Part shown: in pieces, positions 10,055-20,402 of the stretch | Position numbering within the stretch: the first letter of the stretch is position 1 | Layout of the letters: each line of letters starts with the position of its first letter | Origin: Deltaproteobacteria bacterium | GTDB taxonomy: Bacteria > Desulfobacterota_D > UBA1144 > Nemesobacterales > UBA2774 | Direction of reading: 5' to 3' | NCBI GenBank assembly: GCA_029262255.1 | Contig: JAJCZT010000087.1 | Coordinates: 1 to 35,465 of the forward strand | Length of the DNA: 35,465 nucleotides | Translations under genes and position numbers: made by a program | Notes under the pieces: model-generated | The model's input: only the letters and a program-made list of their open reading frames with translations | Database searches by the model: none | What the model was told of the DNA's origin: nothing

Positions 10055-10915
10055 TTAACTTATAGACTGCTTTTCTATAATTGAAACTTTATCAACTAAT
10101 ACTCCAAACTCCTCAATAGTAAGAGTTTCAGCCCGTCTTGTTTTATCTATTCCAGCAAGCTCGAGTGATGCTCTTGCGGAATCTCTAGACAAAATAGACT
10201 GAAGAGAGTTTCCTATCATTTTTCTTCTTGAGGAAAAGGCAGCTCTTACAACTTTCTCATATAGTTTTTCATCTGAAACATCTACTCTCGGGAACTCAAG
10301 AGGTTCCAACTTTAAGACAATAGAATCCACCTTGGGTTTCGGCCAGAACGATGCGGGATGAACACGGAACCCGCTTGTGATATCCATAAAAGTTTGAAGA
10401 AGAACAGAGATGGATCCGTATGTTTTCCCACCCGGACCAGCCGTTATTCTCTCTCCAACTTCAAGCTGGAGCATTAAAACCAGAGAGGAGAAATACTGAC
10501 GAGCCTCGAGCAGTTTAAACAATATAGGAGAGGAGACACTGTATGGCAGGTTTGAGATTGCTTTTAACTTTTTGCCGGAATAAAAACTGCTGAAATCAGC
10601 TTTTAAAGCATCCTGATGTACAAATTCTACCCTCGGATAATCCCGAAAAGACTCTCTTAAGTGCTCCACAAGCTTCTTGTCCTTTTCTATAGCCACTACT
10701 CTTTTGGCATTATCGGCCAATGCCGAGGTAAGCGCCCCTAATCCGGGACCTATTTCAAGAACCTCATCCTCTGAGGAAAGATCCGCTAATTCAACAATGC
10801 GGTCAATCACTCTTAAATCTTTAATAAAATTCTGCCCGAGGCTCTTGCTCGGATAGGAATTTTTGCTCAAGAAAAACTCTTTAGGATTAGTCACGCTTTT
10901 TATACTATTTGGCAT
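10055..10915 (-). CDS. rsmA: 16S rRNA adenine dimethyltransferase RsmA/KsgA
   Basis: KSLGQNF, LEIGPGLGALT, SNLPY, MLQLEV, PKPKVDS, FSSRRKMIGNSL. Confidence 0.96.
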   Translation of the reverse strand: MPNSIKSVTNPKEFFLSKNSYPSKSLGQNFIKDLRVIDRIVELADLSSEDEVLEIGPGLGALTSALADNAKRVVAIEKDKKLVEHLRESFRDYPRVEFVHQDALKADFSSFYSGKKLKAISNLPYSVSSPILFKLLEARQYFSSLVLMLQLEVGERITAGPGGKTYGSISVLLQTFMDITSGFRVHPASFWPKPKVDSIVLKLEPLEFPRVDVSDEKLYEKVVRAAFSSRRKMIGNSLQSILSRDSARASLELAGIDKTRRAETLTIEEFGVLVDKVSIIEKQSIS

Positions 10916-10997
10916 TTATATTTCCGGGGAATTTGATAATGCTTCTATACAATTTACAGGAAGGCAGCTAAGAACCTTACCATATTTCCTTGTTGGT

Positions 10998-13127
10998 TTA
11001 AGTCCCAAGTTCTTCTAAAGATATATCTTCATAGTGGATTACTCTGTTCTTACCTTGATTTTTAGACTCATAAAGAGCCCGGTCAGCTCTTTCTATTAAG
11101 GTTTCATTGTCAGCCGCATTTTCCGGGTAAGTAGCAATACCCATGCTCAATGTAACATTTAGCTCAACGCCCTTGAATTTAAAGGGCATACTTTTAATAT
11201 TATTTTTTATTTTTTCTGCGATAGCTAGCGAACCTTTTTTATTCGTGTTAGGAAGAATTACAGTAAACTCATCCCCCCCGTATCTGGCTGATATATCTAC
11301 TTCTCTAAGTGACTCTGTAAGGACGGTCCCTATAAACGATAAGACACTGTCGCCTGCCCTGTGTCCATAAGTATCATTAATATATTTCAAATCATCCAGA
11401 TCAATCAAGATAAGTGAACAACGCTCATCATACCTATCCGAATGAGCAATTGTATAAGAAAGCATTTCCTGAAAATGTCTATGATTATATAATCCTGTAA
11501 GCCCGTCTTTTACAGCAAGCTCTTTGGTTTTTTCATAATTGTGAGAGGTTGTAATGAATTTAGCGGATTCACCGCATATAATTTTAGCAAGACTAATTTC
11601 ACCCTCATTAAAAGCGAGCTTATCGTATCTACCAATCACTACAGATCCTAGAACATTGGGTTCCCCATCCTGTGTCTCAGAAATCATTTCAATAAGGGGA
11701 TAAATTAAGACCGATTTTATGTTTTTTACACCTAAGGCAAAATCAACCTCTTTTCCAAATATCCTTTTGTATTTAGTCCTGGCAGATAAATCCTCGGCAT
11801 TAAAGTAGTTCTTGCCATCGTACACTAACCCTATGAGAGTATCCGGATGAGGGATCTCTTTACCTTCCAGATGATCCTTCTCCGATCCGCTAATCCTCTT
11901 TAAAATGCTAAGTCCCTCTTCCTCATCATAAAGTGTAATTCCAATAAGATCAGCCTCTAAAACTCTTCCCAGCGTATCCGCGATATGATCCAGCACATCA
12001 TCTACACTCCCTGTAGAAGTAAGCTTTTGAGTAAAATCATAAAAGGAATTAAGCTCCTGAGAGCTCAGTTTAACCTTTTCAGAAAGCTGGAACCTATCTA
12101 TAATCTCGCCTATCCTCTCACATATTAGAGATATAATAAGCTTTTCCTTCTCTCCGAAAACATCTTGATCCATGCTATCGACTATTAATATTCCCACTAT
12201 ATCCCGTTTGCTTTCAGGAATATGATTTTCCGCCTTCATGAGTAAAGGAGTGGCAAGAAGAGATCTAACTGGAATATCCTTAGTATAATATATAAGGTTC
12301 TGTCTAACATTTTTGATACTTGTTATTAAAACCTGGGTTTTGGTCTTTAGTACCCATCCGAGATATCCGCCCCGAAAACTGACTCTTTGTCCCTTGTCTA
12401 TATAATCATTGCTTTTAGATATTGAAGCCGCTATAGCAAAAAGTCCGTCATCCATTTTCATATAAAACAAAACGCTGTGGCTAGAAACAAGTTTACCAAG
12501 AATCTCAAGCGCCTTATTTATATCATCCTTCAACTCTTTCACGTTACTAGATTCGCTTTGCTCCTCCGCATTATCGGAGATCAAATTGTGAAGTGAAAAT
12601 TTCTTTCCACTGCCCTTTTGTAAGATGTTCGATCCCAGTGTGAGCTTATTGCCCTTGAGCAAGAACCCCAAAATTGAAGTTGAAAGAAAAAGTATTATGA
12701 TCTGGTAAGGGAGTGAAGGGCTTTGAAGCTGAGTTATTTGAAGAACTGAAATTATAACAAAAGTAAGCCCGCCTGCCGACCAGCCAAAGAAAAGAACTAT
12801 TAGGGGTAATAAAACATAGGACAGGGGAAACAACTCATTCCCAAAAATCTGTAGCACTATTTCAAATACAAGGGTAGATAAGAGGGCAAATTCTATTTCA
12901 TCTATTCTTGATAAGCTTCGTGAGGCGGAGGCAATGTAATTTACGGACTTGTATGCAACTGCGGAAATTAAAAGGATTACTGCCAAAATAGAATAAAAAT
13001 TGATGCTCTTAAAGCTATTCTTATATATAAGGGCTAATATCAAGATTGAAAGTATAATTATAAATACTTTGCCCAAGACATAGTTTGAGAGCTTAATTTT
13101 ACTCTTGAAATCTATAGACTTTTTCAC
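10998..13127 (-). CDS. Membrane diguanylate cyclase, ~6 TM + 2 GAF + GGDEF (DmxA-like); start uncertain (GTG 13127 or TTG 13076)
   Basis: Six hydrophobic N-terminal segments; GAF-like GYLGWV...SLLATPL and LIGLV...SVLIYPL; DGLTGLYN, DLDDLKYINDTYGH, I-site REVD, RYGGDEF. Confidence 0.92.
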   Translation of the reverse strand: MKKSIDFKSKIKLSNYVLGKVFIIILSILILALIYKNSFKSINFYSILAVILLISAVAYKSVNYIASASRSLSRIDEIEFALLSTLVFEIVLQIFGNELFPLSYVLLPLIVLFFGWSAGGLTFVIISVLQITQLQSPSLPYQIIILFLSTSILGFLLKGNKLTLGSNILQKGSGKKFSLHNLISDNAEEQSESSNVKELKDDINKALEILGKLVSSHSVLFYMKMDDGLFAIAASISKSNDYIDKGQRVSFRGGYLGWVLKTKTQVLITSIKNVRQNLIYYTKDIPVRSLLATPLLMKAENHIPESKRDIVGILIVDSMDQDVFGEKEKLIISLICERIGEIIDRFQLSEKVKLSSQELNSFYDFTQKLTSTGSVDDVLDHIADTLGRVLEADLIGITLYDEEEGLSILKRISGSEKDHLEGKEIPHPDTLIGLVYDGKNYFNAEDLSARTKYKRIFGKEVDFALGVKNIKSVLIYPLIEMISETQDGEPNVLGSVVIGRYDKLAFNEGEISLAKIICGESAKFITTSHNYEKTKELAVKDGLTGLYNHRHFQEMLSYTIAHSDRYDERCSLILIDLDDLKYINDTYGHRAGDSVLSFIGTVLTESLREVDISARYGGDEFTVILPNTNKKGSLAIAEKIKNNIKSMPFKFKGVELNVTLSMGIATYPENAADNETLIERADRALYESKNQGKNRVIHYEDISLEELGT

Positions 13128-13368
13128 CTTTTTTGATCATCCCTAATTCTTGTCTTATGATTTTTTCCTTATACGCATCGTCTGTATCAATCAATTCTAT
13201 TTTCTTCATTAGTTCGTTATTTGAATTCTCTAGTTTTAGGGATTCCACTTTTACCTTCTCATTCTCTTGGTGTAGAGCATATACATGCGTTATTTCTCTT
13301 GCGAACAAATATACTAAAAGAGAAACAGCTCCAACTACCAAAATGATCCTTACTATTGTCCTTTTCAT
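13099..13368 (-). CDS. ftsB: Septum formation initiator FtsB/DivIC family
   Basis: One N-terminal TM, coiled coil, EKIIRQELGMIKKGEKVY signature; start placed at ATG 13368 just after the upstream stop. Confidence 0.88.
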   Translation of the reverse strand: MKRTIVRIILVVGAVSLLVYLFAREITHVYALHQENEKVKVESLKLENSNNELMKKIELIDTDDAYKEKIIRQELGMIKKGEKVYRFQE

Positions 13369-13369
13369 G

Positions 13370-14014
13370 TTATAAAATATCCATATCACCTGTAATGAAG
13401 GGATTTGATCTTCTCTCTATACCTATGGTTGTAAAAGGCCCGTGGCCGGGATAAACATTATAGGAATCTGGAAGTGTCATAAGTTTTGACTTTATAGAGC
13501 CAACAAGCTCTCTCATTGAAGTCCCACCTGTCAAATCTACCCTACCTACGCTTCCTGCAAAAAGTGTGTCCCCCGAGATAACATGATCATCGATTAGAAG
13601 ACAGACACTTCCCCACGAATGCCCGGGGGTATGCAGAACCTTAGCTTTTAGACTGCCGATTTCGATCTCGTCTCCCTCCTCGATATAAACATCTATCTCG
13701 GGAACCCTGACATTGCCGAACTGCGGAAATCTAGCCGCCGCTTCAGGCAATACTTGCAATACCGGTTCATCCTCCGGATGAAGATAAAATTTCACTCCAA
13801 GTTCTTCTTTCGCTTGCTGAACTCCCGCCACATGATCTATATGAGTATGAGTATTAACTATCTTGGTAATTTTTAATCCTGAATTCTTAATCTCAGCTAA
13901 AATCTCATCCATCTGCTCACCCGGATCGATTAATATTCCCTCATTTGTCTCTTCATCCCCAATAATATAACAATTCGTTAGAAAAATACCGCCGGGTATA
14001 CATTTTAGAATCAT
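13370..14014 (-). CDS. MBL-fold metallohydrolase (glyoxalase II / YcbL-like)
   Basis: THTHIDH, HTPGHS, SGDTLFAGSVGRVDL, VYPGHG. Confidence 0.92.
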   Translation of the reverse strand: MILKCIPGGIFLTNCYIIGDEETNEGILIDPGEQMDEILAEIKNSGLKITKIVNTHTHIDHVAGVQQAKEELGVKFYLHPEDEPVLQVLPEAAARFPQFGNVRVPEIDVYIEEGDEIEIGSLKAKVLHTPGHSWGSVCLLIDDHVISGDTLFAGSVGRVDLTGGTSMRELVGSIKSKLMTLPDSYNVYPGHGPFTTIGIERRSNPFITGDMDIL

Positions 14015-14037
14015 AGTATTAATAAACTCCCTTGTAA

Positions 14038-14313
14038 TTAGTTAATCGTGAATTCTTCAAACTGTGCAATATAGGTTTGCCAATCTAACTGAACATCTTT
14101 TACATGGGAAAGATCGGGTCCTTCACGGCACCAATCCACTAGTTTATGAAGCTGATCCTCATCCCCTTCTGCAACCACCTCTACAGTTCCATCCCCTCTG
14201 TTCATAACAAATCCGGTTAATCTTAGCTCATTCGCCTTGTCTTTAGTGGAAGCTCTAAAAAATACTCCCTGAACCTTCCCGCGAATAATAAGCTGTACTC
14301 TCTTTTTCTCCAT
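14038..14313 (-). CDS. acyP: Acylphosphatase
   Basis: GKVQGVFFR, GFVMNRGDGTVE, GP motif. Confidence 0.95.
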   Translation of the reverse strand: MEKKRVQLIIRGKVQGVFFRASTKDKANELRLTGFVMNRGDGTVEVVAEGDEDQLHKLVDWCREGPDLSHVKDVQLDWQTYIAQFEEFTIN

Positions 14314-14324
14314 CCAATAAGCTC

Positions 14325-14353
14325 AGATTACCAAAACGCTTAATTTCTGTCAA
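14325..14353 (-). promoter_or_regulatory. sigma70-type promoter heading the acyP-MBL-ftsB-DGC(-rsmA) unit
   Basis: TTGACA-17 nt-TAATCT with TG extension; 11 nt to the acyP ATG. Confidence 0.7.
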
Positions 14354-14532
14354 CAATAGTCCGGCTTGATTACTGAATTTTGCTAGATTTCCGCAACTTA
14401 GAATGCAATCATTAAGAATATCTTTAATAATAATACACTACATCCAGACTTAGATACAAGCAGGGCGAAGCGCCATAATCAGTCTCAAGCTGTGTAATTT
14501 CATCTAAAAAATCAATCTAAACGCTTAAATGT

Positions 14533-14560
14533 TTGACAGTCAAAATAGAAGATGTATTTT
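14533..14560 (+). promoter_or_regulatory. sigma70-type promoter of thrC
   Basis: TTGACA-16 nt-TATTTT, 8 nt before ATG 14569; the ORF track's TTG start is the -35 box. Confidence 0.55.
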
Positions 14561-14568
14561 GTTTAGGT

Positions 14569-15903
14569 ATGAGCGAATATAAAGCCTGGTTTAGTTGTAT
14601 CAATGAAGAGTGCGGTGAAACATATCCTTTAGACGAGGTAATCTACAGATGCAAGAAATGTAACAACCTCTTGGAAGTCACTCATGATCTCAATAAACTG
14701 AAGGAAACTTCCGCTCAAGAGTGGAAAGATATATTTGATCACCGTTACCGTAGACAGTCCTGGCCTTATGGAAGTTCTGTATGGGGCAAGAAAGAATGGG
14801 TCTGCCCATATGTTGAGGATGAAAATATTGTTTCAATGTACGAAGGAGCCACGAATCTTTTCTGGGCCGAGAGGTTCGGAAAACAAATTGGCATGGAAGA
14901 CCTTTGGTTAAAGATGTGCGGGAACAGCCACACGGGCTCTTTCAAAGATTTGGGTATGACGGTTCTTGTGTCTGTTGTACAACAGATGATCGCTGATGGC
15001 AAGGAGGTGCCGGCAGTTGCTTGCGCATCAACCGGTGACACATCTGCTGCTCTTGCGGCTTACTGCGCATCTGCTGGAATACCCGCAATTGTCTTTCTTC
15101 CAAAAGATAAAGTTTCCATAGCCCAACTTGTGCAGCCAATCTCAAATGGTGCTCTGGTCTTATCATTAGATACCGACTTTGATGGATGCATGGAAATGGT
15201 GCAAAAGGTATGCAGCGAAAACAATATCTATCTCGCAAATTCCATAAATTCGCTCAGGATTGAAGGGCAAAAAACAATCAGTGTAGAGCTTTGTCAACAA
15301 TTTGATTGGGAAGTACCTGACTGGATTATTATCCCGGGAGGCAATTTAGGAAATATATCGGCTCTCGGAAAAGGGTTCTTAATGATGAGGGACCTTGGCT
15401 TAATTGACAAGCTGCCGAGATTGGTATGCGCCCAGGCTGAGCACGCGAATCCACTTTATTTGAGCTATCTCAAAAATTTTGAGGAGTTTCATCCTGTAAA
15501 AGCCAAGAAAACACTCGCTAACGCAATTCAAATTGGAAACCCGGTTAGTGTTAATAAAGCTATTAGAACTATAAGAGAGTTTGATGGCATAGTGGAGCAG
15601 GCAAGTGAGGAAGAGCTGGCTAATGCCTCAGCGCAGGTAGACAAAACAGGAACATTTAACTGTCCACACACCGGTGTTGCGCTTGCCGTTTTCTTAAAAT
15701 TACAGGCTAAGAAGGTTTTTAAACCCAATGACAGGATTGTTGTGATTTCAACAGCTCACGGTCTTAAATTCGTTGAATTTAAAATCGGCTACCACAAAAA
15801 GGAACTCGAGGGTGTAATCTCAAAATACGCCAACGCCCCTTTGGAGCTTCCTGCCGATTATGACGCTGTAACAGATGCCATTTTCTCAAAGATCGGCAGC
15901 TAA
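14569..15903 (+). CDS. thrC: Threonine synthase (plant-type clade, N-terminal Cys cluster)
   Basis: [10 protein letters not shown] (PLP Lys), [38 protein letters not shown]. Confidence 0.95.
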   Translation: MSEYKAWFSCINEECGETYPLDEVIYRCKKCNNLLEVTHDLNKLKETSAQEWKDIFDHRYRRQSWPYGSSVWGKKEWVCPYVEDENIVSMYEGATNLFWAERFGKQIGMEDLWLKMCGNSHTGSFKDLGMTVLVSVVQQMIADGKEVPAVACASTGDTSAALAAYCASAGIPAIVFLPKDKVSIAQLVQPISNGALVLSLDTDFDGCMEMVQKVCSENNIYLANSINSLRIEGQKTISVELCQQFDWEVPDWIIIPGGNLGNISALGKGFLMMRDLGLIDKLPRLVCAQAEHANPLYLSYLKNFEEFHPVKAKKTLANAIQIGNPVSVNKAIRTIREFDGIVEQASEEELANASAQVDKTGTFNCPHTGVALAVFLKLQAKKVFKPNDRIVVISTAHGLKFVEFKIGYHKKELEGVISKYANAPLELPADYDAVTDAIFSKIGS

Positions 15904-15940
15904 CAATATATGCCTCACTCCATTAAAATATTCATAAACT

Positions 15941-16567
15941 ATGAGAAATAATCTAGATGGTCTCTACGTTATAACCGACAAAAAACTAATTAAACGCGAC
16001 AAGTTCATAGAAACTGTAGAAAAGTCTATAAAGGGCGGGGCGCGAATTGTCCAATTAAGAGAAAAAGACACTCCACGTGATGAGATATTAAACTTGGGTC
16101 ATGGGCTCCTTAAACTAACAAAGAAATATAAAATCCCGCTCATTATCAATGATTCCGTAGAACTAGCAAAAGAAATAGGAGCGGATGGTGTTCATCTGGG
16201 TGGAGGCGATACGTCTATAAAAAGGGCAAGAGCAATACTCGGCGCACAGGCTATAATTGGAGTTTCTTGTTATAATCAGATCGAAAGGGGGTTAAACGCT
16301 ATGCAGGATGGCGCCGATTATGTAGCCTTCGGAACCCCTTATTACACGCCTACAAAACCACAGAGAGAACCTACTGCGATCGAGACTCTTAGAGAAGCCG
16401 TCAAAGTAATAAACAACATTCCTATATTTGCCATTGGCGGTATTACGAAAGAAAACGCCTCTTTAATATTAGAGACCGGCGTTGACGGCATAGCGGTGAT
16501 TACCAGTGTATTCGGCTCCCCTGATCCACAAACAGCGGCAAGGGAATTGTCTATTCTGTCCGGCTAA
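15941..16567 (+). CDS. thiE: Thiamine-phosphate synthase
   Basis: LYVITD, VQLREK, LIIND, DGVHLG, TPTKP, AIGGI. Confidence 0.94.
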   Translation: MRNNLDGLYVITDKKLIKRDKFIETVEKSIKGGARIVQLREKDTPRDEILNLGHGLLKLTKKYKIPLIINDSVELAKEIGADGVHLGGGDTSIKRARAILGAQAIIGVSCYNQIERGLNAMQDGADYVAFGTPYYTPTKPQREPTAIETLREAVKVINNIPIFAIGGITKENASLILETGVDGIAVITSVFGSPDPQTAARELSILSG

Positions 16568-16580
16568 ATATTAGACCGAA

Positions 16581-17669
16581 CTATAGAATGCCTGAAAAAT
16601 CCTTCCCTTTTCTTTTCTTGCCAACCCTTTCTGCAAGTGCGTGAGAAACAAGAGGCAGTGCAATTGTTGCATCACAGTAACACTGCACCAAGCTGCCCTC
16701 GGGATCTTCCTTGCCCCAGGACACTGCTTCTTCAAATGTGCAACCCGAAAGCCCTCCCCACTGAGGTGAGTCGGTCGTTATCTGAATAGCGTATTTATGA
16801 GGATAATAAGTTTCAGAAACACCTGTACCTTTTCTGTTTAAGCCGTCTACCCTGTTAGGAACGTGTCTATCTTTATAAAGCAAGTCGCCTGTAACGGCAA
16901 AGAGTTGAATAAAATCTTTAGGGACTCCGCCCCCTATATAAATAACCGCCGTATCTTTAACCGTCTCTCCCAAAGTCATAAATTCCACATAGTCCTTAAT
17001 CGCATCTATTGTTAGACTAAACCCCTTACTCTTGGCAATAAGAGCGGCGTCACCATACGGGCTGTCCGCAATAGCGGGGCAAAATATCGGAACACCGTGC
17101 TGGGCTGCTTTTGCCACTATGCTCTGAATATTCTTCTCTCCGAGCCACTGCCCGCAGAGATAGAGCAATTCTCTGGAAGAGTAGTTATACGACTCATCTA
17201 GCGTCAGGATAAACTCAGCCAAAAGCTCCGTCATTACGAGATAGTCCGTCTCTTTCCCGTAAACGTCATAATAGCGGTTAAGCCCCTCTCTGAATAATGT
17301 TTCGTTATCCGCTAGCTGAGAGCCCTGCCAATAGTCAAAGCCCATAGCGTCTATTATGTCTTCAGAAATATTTGCGCCAGTAGGTACAAGGATGTCGACA
17401 TAGCGGTTCTCAATTAGCCAATTTATTATTTTCCATTGTCCTGTTGTTGAAAGTGAGCCTGTGTAACCTAGAAGAATTGTAACGTCGTCATCATTTATCA
17501 TCTGCTCTAACACATCAACCACGCGCGCCAGGCTTTTGCCCTGAAAACCGGTTTCCGCCATTTCAGAGAGTAGTTGGGAGACGGTTTTTGGCGCCTCAAC
17601 TTCAATTGCTTTTACTTTCTTTTTGAGAAAATCATCCATCGTGGTTTCGTTATTAATTTTATCTGCCAT
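16581..17669 (-). CDS. Deoxyhypusine-synthase-like protein (probable polyamine/homospermidine pathway enzyme)
   Basis: TGFQG, PTGAN, PIFCPAIADS, GGGVPKDF, GGLSGCTFEEAVSWGK, DATIALPL; GGAGG SD. Confidence 0.9.
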   Translation of the reverse strand: MADKINNETTMDDFLKKKVKAIEVEAPKTVSQLLSEMAETGFQGKSLARVVDVLEQMINDDDVTILLGYTGSLSTTGQWKIINWLIENRYVDILVPTGANISEDIIDAMGFDYWQGSQLADNETLFREGLNRYYDVYGKETDYLVMTELLAEFILTLDESYNYSSRELLYLCGQWLGEKNIQSIVAKAAQHGVPIFCPAIADSPYGDAALIAKSKGFSLTIDAIKDYVEFMTLGETVKDTAVIYIGGGVPKDFIQLFAVTGDLLYKDRHVPNRVDGLNRKGTGVSETYYPHKYAIQITTDSPQWGGLSGCTFEEAVSWGKEDPEGSLVQCYCDATIALPLVSHALAERVGKKRKGKDFSGIL

Positions 17670-17774
17670 TGGATATGGAACCTCCGTTTGTCACTATTTG
17701 AAAATTGAAGCGATTCAAGATACCACAGTAGCTATAAATATCAAAACTACCCGTGTGGACAAAAAGACTTGATT

Positions 17775-20261
17775 TTAGATAACGATATTGACTAACTTCT
17801 TTGGAACAACGATTACTTTCTTTGGCTCTTTACCCGCAATATAGCTTTGAATCTTCTCATCAGAAAAAGCGGCTTCTTTCATCTGGTCCTGATCAGAGTC
17901 AGGATCCATTGTAAACTGGCTTCTAACTTTGCCGTTTATCTGAACCACTATGTTAATCGCCGCGCTCTCCACCAGCTCCTTGTTCCAGGTGATCCACCCG
18001 GTATCTACAAGCGTATCCATATATCCAAGCTCGTGCCATAGCTCTTCTGAGATGTGAGGGGCCATAGGATAAAGGAGTCTTATCATTGCTTCAACAGCTT
18101 CTCTCAGCACGGGTAGATCATCTTTCCCCTCCGGCTTAAATTTTGACGTATCGTTTAGTAATTCCATAACAGCCGCAATCGCCGTATTAAACTGAAACCT
18201 GTCTAGATCGTCCGTTACTTTTTTTATTGTTTTATGCGTCTTTGTAAGAAGCTCTTTAGCCGACTTTGAAATTTTCTCAGGCTCAACATCTACTCCCTTA
18301 ACACTTTCAATATCGTCAAAGACTTCAAATACAAGCCGCCACACCCGGTTCAAGAATCTAAAGGACCCTTCGACCCCCTCATCGCTCCAATCCAAATCCC
18401 TTTGGACCGGGGCGGCAAATAGGATGAATAGCCTCACGGTATCAGCGCCGAACTTTGCTATCATATCGTCAGGGTCTACGATGTTTCCGATAGACTTGGA
18501 CATTTTAGCGCCGTCCTTAATCACCATTCCCTGAGTTAGAAGGTTAGTAAACGGCTCGTCCAGATCACACATGCCAAGATCCCTCAGTGCCTTTGTAAAA
18601 AATCTCGCGTATAAAAGATGTAAAATAGCGTGCTCTATGCCGCCTATGTATTGGTCGACCGAGAGCCAGTAGGAGACTTCGTCTTTATCAAAAATACCTT
18701 CATTATAATTAGGCGAGGCGTACCTCAAGAAATACCAGGAGGATTCTACAAACGTATCCATAGTATCTGTTTCACGCTTTGCCTGAGCGCCGCATTTTGG
18801 GCAATCCGTATTCACAAAGCTATCTATCTTTGAGAGCGGAGATCCCCCTTTGCCGGTAAATTCAATATCAAGCGGAAGCTCCACCGGAAGATCTTCATCA
18901 GGAACCGCAACCGCACCGCACTTATCGCAATATATTATGGGAATTGGCGTTCCCCAATATCTTTGCCTGGATATTCCCCAGTCCCGGAGACGGTAATTAA
19001 TCTGCCTCTCGCCAATACCTTTCTCTTCTATATATTCAATTATCTTTTCTTTTGCCGTTTGTGAGGGAGTATCCGTGAAATCCTTGGAATTGACCATCAC
19101 TCCAGGCTCCTCAAATGCCCCGTCCATAGCGTGTGGATCCAAATCCACTCCTTCTGGTTGAATTACAACCTTGATAGGCAGATGGTACTCCTTTGCAAAC
19201 TCAAAGTCCCTCTGGTCGTGAGCTGGAACACACATAATAATCCCGGTCCCGTATTCAGCGAGCACAAAGTTCGCAACGTAGATCGGTATACTCGCGTGCG
19301 TGAAAGGATTTATTGCGTAGGAGCCGGTAAATACACCTTCTTTTTTTGTTCCTTCGGCTACTCTTTCAAGATTGCTCTGTTTTGTGACCCGATTTATAAA
19401 TTCAAGAACTTCTTTTTCTTCGGGTTTGCCTTTTATTAATCCCACTGCAAGCGGATGCTCGGGTGCGATGCTCATATACGTTACACCGTATACGGTGTCG
19501 GGCCTCGTAGTGAAAACTTTAAGACTGCTCTCTTCTTGCAGCGCTTCCTGGAGAGGGAACTCTATCTCTGCCCCTGTGCTTTTCCCTATCCAGTTCTTCT
19601 GCATAGCGAGCACCCTTTCGGGCCACCCGTCTTTTAGCTTATCAGCCCACTGAAGAAGTTCTTCCGTATACTGGGTTGTTTTAAAAAACCAGCCCGACAT
19701 CTCTTTTAATTCAACCTCCGAGCCACAACGCCAGCAAAGTCCGTCCTCAACCTGCTCATTAGCCAGCACGGTTTCGCAAGACGGGCACCAGTTAACCGTA
19801 GTCGATTTTTGATAAGCTAACCCCTTCTTATACATGTGAGTAAATACCATCTGCTCCCATTTATAATACGAGGGATCACAAGTGGCGATCTCTCTGGTCC
19901 AGTCATAGCTGAACCCGAGCTGTTTAAGCTGGGCTTTCATTTGTGAGATATTTTCATAGGTCCATTTTGCCGGATGAACGCCGCGTTCAATAGCCGCGTT
20001 TTCAGCGGGCAGTCCAAAGGCGTCCCACCCTATAGGATGCAGGACGTTAAATCCTCTGGTTCGCTTGTAACGTGCTGTGACATCTCCGATCGTATAATTC
20101 CTCACGTGACCCATGTGTATGCGCCCTGAGGGATAGGGAAACATCTCTAAGACATAATATTTCTTCTTATCTTCTTCTACTTCTACCTGGTATAACTTCT
20201 TCTCGTCCCAATAGTTACGCCAATGATCCTCTATCTCTTTTGCGTTATAGACCTCTTTCAT
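17775..20261 (-). CDS. leuS: Leucine--tRNA ligase
   Basis: MFPYPSG-HMGH, FTTRPDT editing domain, [24 protein letters not shown]. Confidence 0.98.
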   Translation of the reverse strand: MKEVYNAKEIEDHWRNYWDEKKLYQVEVEEDKKKYYVLEMFPYPSGRIHMGHVRNYTIGDVTARYKRTRGFNVLHPIGWDAFGLPAENAAIERGVHPAKWTYENISQMKAQLKQLGFSYDWTREIATCDPSYYKWEQMVFTHMYKKGLAYQKSTTVNWCPSCETVLANEQVEDGLCWRCGSEVELKEMSGWFFKTTQYTEELLQWADKLKDGWPERVLAMQKNWIGKSTGAEIEFPLQEALQEESSLKVFTTRPDTVYGVTYMSIAPEHPLAVGLIKGKPEEKEVLEFINRVTKQSNLERVAEGTKKEGVFTGSYAINPFTHASIPIYVANFVLAEYGTGIIMCVPAHDQRDFEFAKEYHLPIKVVIQPEGVDLDPHAMDGAFEEPGVMVNSKDFTDTPSQTAKEKIIEYIEEKGIGERQINYRLRDWGISRQRYWGTPIPIIYCDKCGAVAVPDEDLPVELPLDIEFTGKGGSPLSKIDSFVNTDCPKCGAQAKRETDTMDTFVESSWYFLRYASPNYNEGIFDKDEVSYWLSVDQYIGGIEHAILHLLYARFFTKALRDLGMCDLDEPFTNLLTQGMVIKDGAKMSKSIGNIVDPDDMIAKFGADTVRLFILFAAPVQRDLDWSDEGVEGSFRFLNRVWRLVFEVFDDIESVKGVDVEPEKISKSAKELLTKTHKTIKKVTDDLDRFQFNTAIAAVMELLNDTSKFKPEGKDDLPVLREAVEAMIRLLYPMAPHISEELWHELGYMDTLVDTGWITWNKELVESAAINIVVQINGKVRSQFTMDPDSDQDQMKEAAFSDEKIQSYIAGKEPKKVIVVPKKLVNIVI

Positions 20262-20402
20262 TTTCCGCTTTTTCTCTCCAAAAAGTTTTATTTAGAATAG
20301 AATGATTTACCAGAAACACAAGAATAGTACAAAGTCTGTCTAATATTCTTAAATGTACTTTTACAATCCAGCTATGTTGTATAATATTAGGGAATCACTG
20401 AT

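Noticed and set aside
13099-13140. Programmed frameshift fusing FtsB to the cyclase at AAAAAAG
   Set aside because: The classic A_AAA_AAG -1 register would shift in the wrong direction; fusion needs +1 and no stimulator is visible; simple overlap explains it
14440-14500. Riboswitch or ncRNA between acyP and thrC (CAGGGCGAAGCGCC hairpin, superficially c-di-GMP-I-like)
   Set aside because: Lacks the GEMM GAAA tetraloop, GCAAA and P2 elements, and lies upstream of both predicted promoters; an Rfam scan would settle it
15904-15940. TPP riboswitch before thiE
   Set aside because: Gap of 37 nt with no CTGAGA-type signature
20262-20402. T-box leader for leuS
   Set aside because: Only 141 nt shared with the divergent udg; no T-box consensus or terminator seen
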